Assembly: GCF_006345805.1 (NCBI RefSeq)
Contig: NC_042997.1
Coordinates: forward strand, 184,450,001-184,514,000
Direction: 5' to 3'
Length of the DNA stretch: 64,000 nt
Source of the DNA: Octopus sinensis
Taxonomy: Eukaryota
This document shows positions 12,564-26,345 of this stretch, piece after piece. How positions within the stretch are numbered: position 1 is the stretch's first letter; each line of letters begins with the position of its first letter. The notes under the pieces were generated by a model, which was not told the origin of the DNA, made no database searches, and was given only the letters and a program-made list of their open reading frames with translations. The translations under genes and the position numbers were made by a program.

Positions 12564-12770
12564 AGGAATCGTTAGTATACCGGACAAAATGTTTATCGGC
12601 ATTTCATCTGGCTTTACGTTCTGGTTTCAAATTTCGCCGTGGTCGGCTTTGCTTTTCATCCTTTCGGGATCGATAAAATAAGTACCAGTCGAGTGTCAGG
12701 GTTAATGTAATCAACTAGCTCCCTTCTCTCAGCATTTCAGGTCTTGTGCCTATAATAGACAAAGTTACTA
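12564..12770 (+). mobile_element. SINE family C variant, diverged
   Basis: Same core, with the alternative 3' end tttcaggtcttgtgcctataatag. Confidence 0.75.
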
Positions 12771-13905
12771 ACGCAATCGATAACTTTCCGATAGTAGACA
12801 TTTAATTGCTACTGAGATTCTGCTTTCTAGAAGTTACTTCGGGTCTAGAGAAGGCATCTGTCTCTACAGGTCAGTCATTATAGAACAAAACGGCGACTAA
12901 CCTTAATTTGTACGATCACAGAAGAATTGAATCCATTCGTAATTTCTATCTATACATCTTCCTTTCACATCCAGACATTAATCAACTCATTATTCAAACA
13001 TTCAATACGAGAAGGAATGACTTCATCAATAAACCAATCTAAACTCTTTAATTAAACGCGCTTAAACCAGGAATTTCTTTTCAAACAGGGAGCGTATAAA
13101 TCATTATATGATATTGTATATAATCCCGACGTTAAGAATATGCGTACAATTAGGGAAGACAGAATACTTACACACATTTAGACATAGGTGAAAACATGCT
13201 GACATGTTACGTTCTAGATCTTCTGTACACAATTCAATTAGAATTGTGTCTGAAACTTGTAGCAAATTATGAGGCACCGGGTGAATAATAAAACGCCTTC
13301 CAGAATCATTTCTTGCCTTTTAAATTAAGTTTGCTACATTACAACTCTTACTTGGGTTCAAAATAACGTTTGTATTTTAATAAATAGAATACCATTGCAA
13401 CTCAATTTTATTAGTACACTACTTCAAAGAATGTTGAACTGTTTTGGTTTTTATTCGGCTATCACCATTTTGATTATAAGATTTATGATTTTAGGTTAAT
13501 AAGTAGTTTGGTGTCTTGCTTTGTAATGGCTAACTGTAAAGTATATAAGTGATCTTGTTAATTTAGAGTACTTGATCTCAAATAGTGCACAGCAAGGGAT
13601 ATCTAGATGCACCGCAGATTTTTTAAAATATAATCTACGCTTCAGGAATCCCAGACTAATTGCCGAGTGTCTTGAAAAACGTGTCATTCACAATGTTGTT
13701 ATACACAAATATGATTAATAAAACAAGACACGCTATGATTCTTTTTCATATATTTTTCTAAACTTTTAACTTTTAAATGGTTTGTTTTCTAAACTTCCTT
13801 TAGAAAAAGTGTGTTACTAATTTCTATGCAAAATCTGTTGTGCTACGAAACCACACAATCACTCACTCACTCACTCACTCACTCACTCACTCACTCACTC
13901 ACTCA

Positions 13906-13941
<36 letters not shown>

Positions 13942-13964
13942 ACACACACACACACACATACACA

Positions 13965-14004
<40 letters not shown>

Positions 14005-14338
14005 GACATTATTGGTTTAGAGTTACAATACTTTTTACAGCTGTTTCCCTAAGACGTCAGATAAGAGCGGAATGACTGAAATGGTAAAGTATCGCACTAA
14101 ATTCCTTGCAGTATTAAGATACGCCTACCAAATTTCAGATTCTACCATCATGATCGACATTGACGTTCGTCTCTTAAGGCTCAATAAAATATACAGCATT
14201 TTAAATACTAATTTACATTTAATTCATTATATCTCTGCTCAATAAATTTGTGGCTTTATGCCAAATTAAAAGATCAATAATTCAAATAAGAATTCGGTTA
14301 CCTTCTCTAATTAGAATTCTATACTTCTTAAAAAAATT

Positions 14339-14389
<51 letters not shown>

Positions 14390-14477
14390 CCTCCCTCTAT
14401 TTATCTATATTTTTTCTTTTTTGTGTTACCAATTTTAACCCTCCGCAAAATCCCAAATTTTATTTAATTTGCTTTGC

Positions 14478-14640
14478 GGGAGCAACTGTTTTATCGAAAA
14501 CGTATATTGTTGTTAAATGCGCGAAATACGAGAGTAGAAAAACCGACAAAAACTGATGAAGGGGCGTTCTTTATGTTGTTTGTCTTGTTGTCCATTTGTG
14601 TCTTTCGTTGTTCGAAAAAATAATTCATATTCCAATTATA
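14478..14640 (+). repeat. Interspersed repeat family S (second copy inverted at about 60330-60495)
   Basis: gagcaactgt...tattgt.gtt.aatgc.cgaaat...ccgacaaaa..gatgaaggg is shared with the reverse complement of 60400-60490. Confidence 0.55.
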
Positions 14641-14684
14641 TTAATATATGATTGAACGCCACGCATCCTCTTCCTAGTAAGTTT

Positions 14685-14898
<214 letters not shown>

Positions 14899-15081
14899 GG
14901 GAAGGGATCGCTATGTTTATTATATTTCATATAATTTCTTGTAGATTAATCAGCCGAAATTACTACGATGATCCGGTTCTTGACTGAAGACTGAGGGGTT
15001 CGAATGTCCTGTCCATGTTTATTGTATCGTCTTCTAAGAGTTATACGTTCTTGTCCATGTTGTATTTTTCTACATACCTTA

Positions 15082-15115
<34 letters not shown>

Positions 15116-15139
15116 TTGTATATTTATATCCGTGTCACT

Positions 15140-15360
15140 TTGTGTTTGTGTTTGTCCTCCCTCCATTGCTTGACAACCGATGTTGGTGTGCTTACGTTCT
15201 CGTAACATAGCGATTCGACAAAAGAAACCGATACAATAGGTACTAGGCTTACAAAGGATAAATCCTAGGGTTGTTTTCTTCGACTAAAATAAAAACACTT
15301 TATGGCCGTGCTCCAGCATGTCGGCAGTTAAACAGGTAACAGAATAAAAGATTAAGAATA
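15140..15360 (+). mobile_element. SINE family A 3' half, diverged
   Basis: gcttgacaaccgatgttggtgtg...gctccagcatg matches the family A 3' half. Confidence 0.75.
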
Positions 15361-16754
15361 CATATACATATGTATGTATATATGTGTGTGTATGTATGTG
15401 TGTATATATATATGAATTCTAACGCATTTTAATACAAGTAAATACAAAAGCCTGATAGTATGTGCCGATAACTGTTGTTTTTATTTTTAATGTATTCTGT
15501 TTACCTTACTACCTATTCTTTCTACAATAAACTGGAAATAAATATTCTATAATCTGAAGGGATCGCTATGTTTATTATATTTCATATAATTTCTTGTAGA
15601 TTTATGCGGAAAATTCTCTGCGGGAAAGGTTTTATTGCTCTAAATATTAAAACAGCTTCCTTTCATCATCCGTATTGCACGCTTTTTAGCACGTGTAAGT
15701 ATTAAACAATGCAGTTTCTTTGGCAAGGTTGTCCTTGAACACAATGTATATCATTAAAACTAGTCAAAACGAAGGCAGATACATGGTGTGCTGTTTTATT
15801 GACATTAGGTATATCAGTATGGTGTAAAAGACGTTGTAGTTCACGAGCAGATAAATGGCGACACTTTTGAAGGCATAGATAAATCGTTGTTGATTTCTTA
15901 TTTATTTCTCGCTTCATTGTTTAACACCTTTTTTCCGACCCAATACACAAGAATACAGTGAAGGTGTTTGTCATTTAGTTTCTCGAATTTCTCCCTCTCA
16001 TTTTTTCTCTTTGGCATTCTGTTTGGCTCTTTGACCATACGTCTGTCAGTCTTGTTCCTCCCATCTTGCGCTATCTGCTTTTGTCAGTCTATTTTCCACT
16101 TCCAACAATCACTTTTTGCTGTCATACGCATGTGTAAACGGGAAAATTGCATTTGAGATAAACTCAACGAAATTGAGTAGCTGGTATGTAATGGCGGCGG
16201 TAAAGTGAGAACGAAAAGAAGTAATGAAGGAAGAAACAAAGCAGTAAAGAAATACGAGAAAATGAACGTTAGAAGCTTACCACCGAAAACACGCGTAGGA
16301 TTGGTCACAATGTTTTATTTTTTTATATTTCTTTGGGTGCTAAAAGCCGTCATTGGCTTCGCTAAACTTCAGAATGAAATCTAATTTATTCGGTGCTACG
16401 TGCAGAAATATTTCACACAATCCGAAAAATAAGATAACAAAAAATAAAATACTAAAAGGAAACTAAAACAGCTAACATTGTGGTTGTGTGTTAGTGTGTT
16501 TGACTATGTTGTTAAGTGTGGTAATTGTGTGTAGTGTATGTGTCATGCATTCGTATACATCAATTTATATTCAAAATCTGTGAATCGGCATATGTGTACA
16601 CATGTATACGTGAGAGCATTGTGATGTCGCTATACAAATGAATACATTTATATATGTTGGCAGGTGTACAAGTGTGAGTATATATATCAACGTTTGTGTG
16701 TATTCTGGAGAATATTTCCGAGTAAATAAGCATTTATGTTTATTCATCACTCTG

Positions 16755-16863
<109 letters not shown>

Positions 16864-17455
16864 CTATTTGCAGTTACACCCACACACACGCATACATATA
16901 CACACATATATATGAATATATGAATATATGCAAGCATATGTGTGTACATGTATAGATATATATTTATGTATGTATACATATATGTATGCGTGTATGTGTA
17001 CGTGTGTCTGTGTGCACGTAGTGTCTATATATGCATGTATGTATGTATGTATGTATGTATGTATGTATGTATGTATGTATGTATGTGTGCACGTACGTGT
17101 CTATGTATGTATGTGTGTGTGTGTATTTATGTTTATATGTATATATTTATATATAAGGTGAACATAGCTGATTGCCTACTTTTATGTATACTGCAGCATA
17201 AACAAAGGTGTTGGTATATATGTGCGTGTGTGTATGTGTACACACATACACACACACACAAACATGGGGTTTCGAACACCTATAGTATGTATATGTGTAA
17301 AGTGTTGTTAGTTTTCTATATGCTTGTGACTATAAGCTCTCCCGTTATTTTTTTTTCTATCAGTGTTTATGCGTTCGTATGTACGTACATAAATATCACA
17401 CGCACACACATTTACTTATGTATATATATGTCTGTCTGTGTACATCCCTGTGCAT

Positions 17456-17497
<42 letters not shown>

Positions 17498-18455
17498 TTT
17501 GCCCGTATTTAAGTGTAGCTGTGTGCTCCCACGCGTGTGTATGTATATACAACGAAAGGAATTCAGGAGCAATTTTACTTGCAAATAAATCCTGCTTTAC
17601 TCTGAAAATGTGGAAATGAACATAAAATGACAAAAAAAAACAGAAAGAAAAAAATGTACAAGAAAGAAAAAAAAAACGGCAAAAACAAAAGTCCTCCTTC
17701 TCCGCCGCTAAAAATCCGACTGAGTAAGTGAGAATATGTAATAAGCGAAGGCGAAAAAGCGAATGTGTATGGGTACACGAACATAGTTTTTCCCGTTTGA
17801 TAATTTTCATTATTCTTTCTGCTTTTTATTTTTTTTTCATTATCCATACTTATTTGGAGAAAAATAGTTGTACATAGGAAAGAGAAAGATCACACCACAC
17901 GGTGGCTTTCCTGTCATTTCTTATTTTCCACGTTAACTATTCCGTAGTTTATTGCAGTTTTCATCGTAATGGAGAGTCGAAATTTACTTATTTTCTCTGG
18001 ATATCACATCAGTGTAGCGGTTATTTTCGTTAGAGGAAAGATTTTAAAAAAAATTATAAAAGCTATGTGTGGAAACGGTATGCAATCGTGAACTGCACAT
18101 ATTAATGGTTTTATTTTCTGTTAAGTAGACAGGGTCAGTAAACTATAAGTATTCTAGCGACAGGAAACGAACTGACAATCTTTTGATCGATACAATCTGT
18201 TGTGTATTTATCATAGCCTTTCTTTCTGTCCACTTCATTCTTTCTATCCACTTTATCCTCAAAAAGTTCGTAGAGAAAAATAAAGCAGAATCGTTAGTTT
18301 GTCGTAAGGAGAGAAAAATCGAACATATACGGCACTTGTTCTTTGTTGGGCAGAAAAAATGAAAAAAATTACTTTCATACTTTCATATACATACGTACAT
18401 ACATGCATGCATGCATACATACATACGTACATACATACATACATACATACATACA

Positions 18456-18488
<33 letters not shown>

Positions 18489-18762
18489 GCATACATACAT
18501 ACATACATACATACATACATACATACATACATACATACATACATACATACATACATACATACATACAGACATACATACATATGAACGTAGATAAATAAAC
18601 ACACACATAGGCGCACTTGTCTTTGTTGGGACACAAAGTACACACACACATACACACAGACACATACACGCACACACACACATATGCACAGACATTCCAC
18701 TTTGTGATGTACGCGTGTGAGTAAGCACGAGAGTGGGTATGTATGTATGCATATATGTATGA

Positions 18763-18793
<31 letters not shown>

Positions 18794-18920
18794 CTTACCT
18801 GAAATATGAGTGGATATAGTTTCCGTCACTAGTGCCTGACAATTCGGTGCCGTCGAAGTGTAAATACACAACAAAGCTTTTGCAGTGTTATTCTCAGTAA
18901 GAGTTTTGTTTCCCACTTAC

Positions 18921-19880
18921 AGGACTCTGAGAGACAACATATTCAGTGAGCCTCCAGAATTGGTTATCTGGTGGGTTGATGCATGCGTCGTCTTGGAGGG
19001 GAGTAACAGACTCTTAGATGTAAAAAAAAAATATAGGAAGGAAAATTGATCCGGAATTAGAATGGAGATCCTTTACAGGTGAACCCAGAATACCTGGAAA
19101 AGATCCAGGATCTTATTGAACTGCCGAATGGAGAACATCCACGTTACGGTGAAAGGCAGAAGACAAAGTTGTTACATATGTCGCGATGTCAACTATCTAA
19201 AAGCCTCCTGCCAACAATAGAATGCGAAAATATGGATGTCTCTGTTGCTCCCAACACTACAAATACAACAACTATAAGACCAAAAACAGCGAGCGATTCT
19301 ATCAGTAGGGACAGAAACAGAAACAGTAGCAACTAATGTACGAGCGAAATCAGTAACAAATATAAAAACAAAAACAACAGCTATGCAACCGACTAATAAC
19401 AGAAGTAGCTATAGAACCTGCCATGACAACAGTAACATTATCTACAATGCGGCGAGCTGGCAGAAACGTTAGCACGCCAGGCGAAATGCTTAGCGGTTTT
19501 TCGTTTGCCGCTACGTCCTGAGTTCAAATTCCGCCGAGGTCGATTTTGCCTTTCATCATTTCGGGGTCGATAGATTAAGTACTAGTTACGCACTGGGGTC
19601 GATGTAATCGACTCAATCCCCTTGTCTGTCTTTGTTTTTCCCCTCTGTGCGTAACCCCTTGTGGGCAGTAAAGAAATAAGTAACATTATCTACAACGGAA
19701 ACAACATGGCGAACATCAGAAACAGAATCTATCAATCTCAATACAATACCACAAGGCATAACTCTACTTTCGGTTCACTCAGTCTTGTGAGGACGGCAAC
19801 ATGGGTGGAAAATGGAGAAATGTCTCAGTAAGAAGGCAGTGAAAGAGGGAAAAGACAAGACACTATTAAAATAACTGACT
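18921..19880 (+). mobile_element. Non-LTR ORF1/gag-like relic with degenerate zinc knuckle, split by a SINE C
   Basis: With frameshifts it reads PPELVIWWVDA...EILLQVNPEYLEKIQDLIELPNGENIHVTVKGRRQSCYICRDVNYLKASC (knuckle at 19170-19211; the His position reads Tyr), followed by a T/S-rich tract. Confidence 0.55.
19448..19678 (+). mobile_element. SINE family C with 17-bp TSD
   Basis: agtaacattatctacaa at 19431-19447 and 19679-19695. Confidence 0.92.
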
Positions 19881-19889
19881 AAAAAATAA

Positions 19890-20343
19890 TGCACTCCACG
19901 TCTCCAACCTATCTGCCCATAGAAATATATTCATGGACCGTAGCCATGGATATTGGAATGACTGCTCTAAGAAGTAGTGGCTTTAATGATGAAATAACGC
20001 AAGCTTCACCTCGCAAGGTCATAAGAGTCACGCTAGGAAAGTCAACTTGTGTAATTCTACGCTTAACTGTTAGTTATCTACGCCGATAAAAAAAAAAATT
20101 ACAACATTTTTTTCCCCAAGAACATAGTAAAACTGTCTCACTCAATCACCAAAATTTGTGTAAAATATAGCCTCGTCTACTATAGCAAAATTGAAAACGA
20201 ATTGGTATAACTTTGACAGCCCTTGTGAATCTACCTGTAGCATCTTTGTCTGAGAAATACATTGTTTACGTACGCTGTCAAGACTAATTCTTCCAGCAAG
20301 GTATACATTGGGCTAGCTCCAAACAACTTTGAAGTTAATTATT
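19890..20343 (+). mobile_element. Penelope-like element relic (RT thumb/linker and GIY-YIG start)
   Basis: TALRSSGFNDEIT, then ...YAVKTNSSSKVYIGLAPNNFEVNY. This resembles the PLE VYKA...YIGL...FK.RY.NH region. Confidence 0.55.
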
Positions 20344-20961
20344 TATTTCTTTATTGCCCACAAGGGGCTAAACGCAGAGGGGACAAACAAGGACAGACAA
20401 AGGGATTAAGTCGATTAGATCGACCTCAGTGCGTAACTGGTACTTAGTTTATCGACCCCGAAAGGATGAAAAGCAAAGTCGACCTCGGCGGAATTTGAAC
20501 TCAGAACGTAACGGCAAACGAAATACCTACTTCTTTACTCTCCACAAGGGGCTACACACAGAGGGGACAAACAAGGACAGACAAACAGATTAAGTCGATT
20601 ATATCGACTCCAGTGCGTCACTGGTACTTATTTAATCGACCCCGAAAGGATGAAAGGCAAAGTCGACCTCGGCGGAATTTGAACTCAGATCGTAACGGCA
20701 GACCGGCAGACGAAATACCTATTTCTTTATTACCCACAAGGGGCTAAACACAGAGGGAACAAATAAGGACAGACATAGGTATTAAGTCGATTACATCGAC
20801 CCCAGTGCGTAACTGGTACTTAATTTATCGACCCCGAAAGGATGAAAGGCAAAGTCGACCTCGGCGGAATTTGAACTCAGAACGTAACGGCAGACCGGCA
20901 GACGAAATACCGCTAAGCATTTCGCCCAGTGTGCTAACGTTTCTGCCAGCTCGCCGCCTTT
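20344..20961 (-). mobile_element. SINE family C trimer (one head, three body-tail units)
   Basis: Units start near 20346, 20530 and 20722, with a single head at about 20910-20958. One 16-bp TSD tttgaagttaattatt (20328-20343 and 20962-20977) flanks the whole array. Confidence 0.9.
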
Positions 20962-21367
20962 TTTGAAGTTAATTATTACTAGCAACAATCAGTAACAAAT
21001 TTACAAACAACCAGTAACAAATTTACTGGCTTTGCCGGTAAATTTCATCGGTCGTCCAGCAGCACCTCGTGCATGTAAGTTATGAACATTGCCCCCTATT
21101 TATGCATTTAAGTATTTGTGTAATTAATGTAACAATGAAAAAGAAAACACAAAGTAAACAAACAAAACTTCACAGTAGTTTCAAATCCACAGGAAATTTC
21201 TTGGCAAAGGGGATTTTTTTTCCGGGTGGATGCAAATGAATAAAGAGATACGAGTATAAACTAGTAACAAAACGGTTAGGGACTACAAAATATTGAGGAA
21301 ATGTGGTATTGTGATAGGGGAAATATAACACCGAATTGATGCCATTTAAGAATAAAAAAAAAAAAAT

Positions 21368-21619
21368 GAATGCGCCCTTTTAAAGCCTAGCCAAGCTCAT
21401 GGGCCCGTTTTCCCGGTTTCAGTGGCGTATGTGTTCCCCAGCTGGACGGGACGCCAGTCCATCATAGCGTTACTCATTTTTGCCAGCTGAGTGGACTGGA
21501 GCAATGTGAAATGAGGTGTTTTGCTAAAGAACACAACGCTTCGCCCGGTCCAGGAATCGAAAGCACAATCTTACGATCATGATGCTGACACCCTAACCAC
21601 TAAGCCACGCACCTCCACG
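21368..21619 (-). mobile_element. SINE family B variant
   Basis: Reverse complement begins gtggaggtgcgtggcttagtggttaggg...ttcgattcctggaccgggcg. TSD-like gccatttaaRaata on both sides. Confidence 0.8.
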
Positions 21620-23939
21620 CCATTTAAAAATAGTTATTAAAAATTCGTCATATTTCGAATTTTATATACATATGAAAACGTTCGGTAACAATACTTTTGT
21701 TTATATTATTTATATATTTTTAATATATCTATATATTATATAAAGTCATTGTGAGTGTTATTGGTAGCATTTAATACTGTAAAACTTGTTATACTGTTGG
21801 CGACTAAATTGGGATTCCGAGTGATTACTTGAAACCCAGTGGGAGAAAATCATGACCTATAAAAAAGAGGGCAAGTAGAAGGTGTAATACAGGTGGGAGC
21901 ATTCGCGGTTCTCTAGTCCTCCGCATTTCACGGTTTTCATCGACCACCGATGAATAAACGCGATGTTCACATATTTTTAGTGTATTTATGCCTACGCTTC
22001 AAAAGGAACAGCACTTGGAACAGTGTATGATAGAAAGTTAGAAAGCGAGAAGAGTATTAAGAAGTGAATAAGAGACCGTGAAGTGTGACTGACAAAGATT
22101 AAAAACAAAAACACTACAAAAAAATGTTTGATAGAGATCAGAGTAAGACCAGACTGAAAAACAGACAAACAGATGGATAAATGGAGTAGTTTTGAGAGAG
22201 AGATGTGGTACAAGTGAGAGCGGGAGAATGAGAAGATTAGAGAGATAAAAGTAAATGACGCCTTTTATAAAGGTCATACGGTAAGCAATAATCATAAATC
22301 AATACGTTAAACATCGATTAAGCCAGATAAGTTTCCAAAACTTTGAAGATAAAATTCAAATCAAATCATAAAGAGATACACGTATCATTGCGGTTCTAGA
22401 ATCAAAGCTTTGTGAGAACGAAACGATGTTCTTCTTTAGAATTTAAGCATAATATATTTAAATTGAGGGTTGACAAGTAGATTGAATAGTTAACTACATA
22501 GAAGTAATGGAGTGTGGCGAAAAATGTGATTTCGATATATGTATGGACGCTGGAAGGGGAAGGGAAGAGGAGATGGAGGATGACATACCATTGGGTACAG
22601 AAACATGTGATATGAGATGCGAAGAGCTTTCATGAGATGCAAGACAAACATATAAGAATGGACAGGAAAGCTGTGTGAAGAATAAAACTTTTGAATATGC
22701 TTACTGAGCGAAAATGTTATTTGAAGTAAAGAAGCAAGTACATGGAATGTGGTGTTTGCTGAACAAGAATTTCTGTGATTATATTATGAAGGTGTATTTT
22801 ATGTGATGTCAAGTGAGTTGTCACCGGATGTGAAAAAGGATTTGGAAGATATTGGAAAGAAGCAAAAAAGTTCTGTAATTTATGGAAAATATTTATAGCC
22901 AATAAGATGTGAGATGTGGATAAGAAATTATAAGATTAGTAGACTATTAGAATCTCATGAAATCAATGAGTAAAATACATACAAAAAAATTAAAATACAA
23001 ACATGAACTTAACCATAAATTTGATTATGCACTATAAGCCAAAGTTTTGAATTACGAGACATATATTGATTTGAAATAAGTTGAAAGATCTACCGGTTCA
23101 TATAACATATTAAGATATATATCTAAATTAAGTTCTTTAACTATAAATCGTGTTCATACTATACTGTGGTCTTACTAATGAACAAAAATGCTTGTGTCAT
23201 AGTTTGACTAATAAATAGGTTACATTTTGTCTTATTTACTTATTCTTGTTCGTTCTTCTTTAGTTCTTTCCACCACATGATATCTTCAGAGAATTAACAC
23301 TTAGATTTTTAAGTTATAGACACATCATTAATACAAATATTTGAGTATTTGTGTTCCTTCAGTTCCTTGTGATTTTAACAATCCGACTGTCAGCCCTTTT
23401 AATAGGCAGCACAACTACTCATATATTATTTATAAGCTCTAATGACGAAATGACTTTCACATAACTTGCAGGTAGTTCATTATGTATACCCAGTTCAAGT
23501 TGGGAAGGCTATTTTCGTATATTTGTATCAAATGACATGATTTTAAAAGTCAACCTTCTTGCCAATTCTGGGGTCTTAAGACTCGAACACACACACACAC
23601 ACCTGAAAAAATAATAAGCATCTATTAACAATTCAGTAGTATGGCCGAACTGTTAATTTCGCAACAACGGGTACACATCTGTAGTTATGCCAACAAAACT
23701 ATCCGATGTCCACAGTAAAGGGTAATAGCTCCAAGTTTTACTGCTTAAAATTGTGAAAACATCGCCCCCTCCCCACAAAACCCGTATCTTGGGAATCCGG
23801 GGTCAGATTTACGCGAAATTGTATTCCGTTTGTATTCACATTTCAGGGATGCTATACTTTCAGAGTATTTTCCCATTATGTGCCGGTTTGGCTGTATTAA
23901 ATAACTGACAACCAAGCAAGCAATCAGAGTTTTAGAATT

Positions 23940-24337
23940 AGGGTGGTGAGGTGGCAGAACCGTTAGCACAGGTATTTCGTCTGCGGTTGCGTTCTGAGTT
24001 CAAATTCCGCCGAGGTCGACTTTGCCTTTCATCTTTTCGGGGTCGATAAATTAAGTACCAGTTACGCACTGGGGTCGATGTAATCTACTTAATCCGTTTG
24101 CCTGTCCTTGCTTGTCATCTCTGTGTTTAGCCCCTTGTGGGTAGTAAAGAAATAGGTATTTCGTCTGCGGTTACGTTCTGAGTTCAAATTCCGCCGAGGT
24201 CGACTTTGCCTTTCATCCTTTCGGGGTCGATAAATTAAGTACCAGTTGTACACTGGGGTCGCTGTAATCGAATTAATCCGTTTGTCTGTCCTTGTTTGTC
24301 CCCTCTTTGTTTAGCCCCTTGTGGGTAATAAAGAAAT
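23940..24337 (+). mobile_element. SINE family C dimer (one truncated head, two body-tail units)
   Basis: Units of about 184 bp begin ggtatttcgtctgcggtt near 23970 and 24154. Confidence 0.88.
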
Positions 24338-24700
24338 ATGAATGATATAGATTATATAGAATGGAGCTGAGTGGGACAGCAAGTTTTGCCTGTTGCAGCT
24401 TATAGAGTCAGAGATCGAAATACAGTATTTGTAGATATTTAGACGCTTTTAAAAATTGTTAATAGAAACTAACACTCAAATTTTCAATCTAAAATTCCCT
24501 ATGCACTCACATACGCTCACAGGAATGTAAGTGCACGTAGATAAACTAATATAAAATTTTAATCATTCCCTCTATAACTTTTGAAAAATATCCTAGATTA
24601 ATATCACCGCTTCGAGAGAACGGGAAACAAATACGTGTGTATATATGTATGTATTTATCAATCTACATATCTTCTTCTCTCTCTCTCTCCCCCTCTTTCC

Positions 24701-24855
<155 letters not shown>

Positions 24856-24938
24856 GCTCTCTCTCTCGCTCTCTCTCTCTCTCTTTCTATCTATATAACT
24901 AGCTAGCTACCTACTTACATATCATACACTCACTTCCG

Positions 24939-24985
<47 letters not shown>

Positions 24986-25369
24986 ACTTAATGGTACATA
25001 TGCACACACAGATACACACACACACACAAACATATACAAACATGCGCACACACAAAAAGTTCACACAAGTACACATATACGGACGCATGCACACACCTGG
25101 GCAGTACCTCGCGGGAAAATTCTTAGGTGAGTGGCAGAATTTTTACTAGATATGTAAGTTTGTTGATTTACGTCAAACATAATAATATGCACTGTGTGTA
25201 TATATGCGTACAGTGGGTGGGATCAAGTATATAGTTTATATTTTATACATGCATCAGCATGTACGGCGCCTCCAGGTATCCATATGTTCATGAAATTGTA
25301 TATCAATATTGTGTTTGATAACCTAGTTTGTATTTTACCAAATGAAATGCCTGTTGAATGTATACGCAT

Positions 25370-25408
<39 letters not shown>

Positions 25409-25453
25409 TGTATATATAATATATATATATATATAAATAAATAAATACGTATA

Positions 25454-25492
<39 letters not shown>

Positions 25493-25977
25493 TTATGAAT
25501 ATATTGCATATAGATTAGAGATTATGTGAATAAAAAAAAACAGCAACATATGTGTGTAAGACACCTTGTGGTTTTCCATATGCTGATTAAATTTTATATC
25601 CGTTTTTTTTTTCCTTATTGAACCACATTCCGTACATGCATGTGTGAACAGTAGAAATACAAACGCATAATCCCATATACATACACACGTAATGAATCTT
25701 GTTTTATTATATTTGTTGACAGTGTTGCCATCATGCAAAGGCGCTCATGTTATTATATCATACGAACGTGAAGAATTCAAATGCATGCATAGAGGTTCGC
25801 ACCTTTTGGTATAAATATTTATAGATGTGTATTATGTGGATGCACGTAAATGTATATATGTATATATATATGTATATATATATTATGTATATATATATAA
25901 TATATATATATATATGTATATATACATAAAAAAAAAAATATATATATATATGTATATATATATGTATGTATATATAT

Positions 25978-26046
<69 letters not shown>

Positions 26047-26064
26047 TGTATATATATATGTATG

Positions 26065-26095
<31 letters not shown>

Positions 26096-26285
26096 GTCTA
26101 AAGAAACGAATAGTTAGTTATATGAAGACGTACATATTCACATATCCATATGTAATGCAGAACGGCGTATTTCTAGAGCTGTGTGTGTGTGTTTGTGTGT
26201 TTATGCGCATGTATATATTTGTATGAATATTTGCATGTATCTATGCATTTTATGCATGTTTTCATGTACTGGCGTAGATACACAA

Positions 26286-26345
26286 GGCGGTGCTCCAGCA
26301 CGGCCGCAGTCAGATGACTGAAAAAAGTAATAGTATAAAAGAATG
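26286..26345 (+). mobile_element. SINE family A 3' end
   Basis: aaggcggtgctccagcacggccgcagtcagatgactgaaa. Confidence 0.75.

Noticed and set aside
14520-14570. Possible permuted (type II) hammerhead in family S (GAAA...CTGATGAAGGG)
   Set aside because: No U16.1-H17 site or stem I could be paired, and the second copy lacks the CTG.
18921-19014. Apparent minus-strand exon SVTPLQDDACINPPDNQFWRLTEYVVSQSP with good splice signals
   Set aside because: The plus strand of the same bases reads as the continuation of the ORF1 zinc-knuckle relic, so the exon is more likely coincidental.
20344-20961. CRISPR-like or satellite array
   Set aside because: Units are about 180-bp SINE bodies without unique spacers, in a eukaryotic context.
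21886-21965. Possible MITE/Tigger-like end (tacaggtggg...cgcgg)
   Set aside because: No partner terminus was identified.
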